From positions 13,826,001 to 13,890,000 of the forward strand of contig OX597819.1 in the NCBI GenBank assembly GCA_951406725.2: 64,000 nucleotides of DNA, given 5' to 3'. The first letter of the stretch is position 1; the number at the start of each line of letters is the position of its first letter. Below, piece after piece: positions 63,370-64,000 of the stretch. The notes under the pieces are model-generated. The model saw only the letters and a list, made by a program, of their open reading frames with translations, had not been told where the DNA came from and did no database searches. A program made the translations under genes and the position numbers. The stretch is from Octopus vulgaris (taxonomy: Eukaryota).

Positions 63370-63950
63370 ATTATCATCATCATTATCGTTTAACATCTGT
63401 TTTCTATGCTGGCATGGGTTAGATGGTTTGACTGAGGTCTGGAGAGCCAGTGGCTGCACCAGGCTCCAATCCGATCTGGTAATGTTTCTACAGCTGTATG
63501 CCCTTCCTAACGCCAACCACTCCAACAGTGTAGTGGGTGCTTTTTACATGCCACCAGCACAAGAGCCAAGTCAGGCTGGCCTGGCATCGATCATGTTCGG
63601 ATAGTGCTTTTAATGTGCCACTGGCATGGGGGCCAGTCAGGGCGTACTGGCAAATGCTACGCTCGGACAGTGTTTTTTATGTGCCACCGGCACAAGAGCC
63701 AGTCAGTGGGTACTGGCATTGGCCAATTTCGGATGGTGGTTTTAATGTGCCACTGGCATGGGGGACAGTCAGGGGGTACTGGCAAATGCTACGTTCGGAC
63801 AGTGTTTTTTATGTGCCACCGGCACAAGAGCCAGTCAGTGGGTACTGGCATTGGCCACGTTCGGATGGTGGTTTTTTATGTGCCACCGGCATGGGAACCA
63901 GTCAGGGGGAACTAACCACAGCTTCGATATTAGTTTTAGCTGTGGTCAGT
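63370..63950 (-). mobile_element. SINE family E with six array units
   Basis: Units at 63549, 63615, 63681, 63747, 63813, 63880. Confidence 0.9.
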
Positions 63951-64000
63951 TAAAAAAAAAAACATAGTTGGGATAGTCACAGCTTGATTGTCTGTGATCA

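Overview
AT-rich eukaryotic non-coding DNA, almost certainly from an octopus (coleoid cephalopod) genome, judged from its SINE repertoire. I find no supportable host exon, tRNA, rRNA or CRISPR. Nearly all listed ORFs are read-throughs of repeats or microsatellites. The window is a dense transposon graveyard. It holds five SINE-type families (labelled A-E here), truncated LINEs (RTE, CR1-group, HERO-like), mariner and DD37D/maT transposase remnants, TTAA piggyBac-type MITEs, three non-autonomous Helitrons and many microsatellites. The most interesting signals are structural RNA motifs. (1) About ten Penelope-type minimal hammerhead ribozyme motifs of different families, one with an intact core (14588-14626) and two families carrying the U3-A8 covariant core, several inside fold-back repeats. 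(2) A SINE whose body is a variable-copy array of 61-67-bp units, each able to fold into an H-type pseudoknot plus a hairpin. (3) A SINE trimer bounded by a single TSD. (4) A circularly permuted 286-bp unit. (5) A T/Y-shaped hairpin. (6) Mosaic templated patches that may be repair scars or assembly artefacts. Coordinates were read by eye and no database search or folding program was run.
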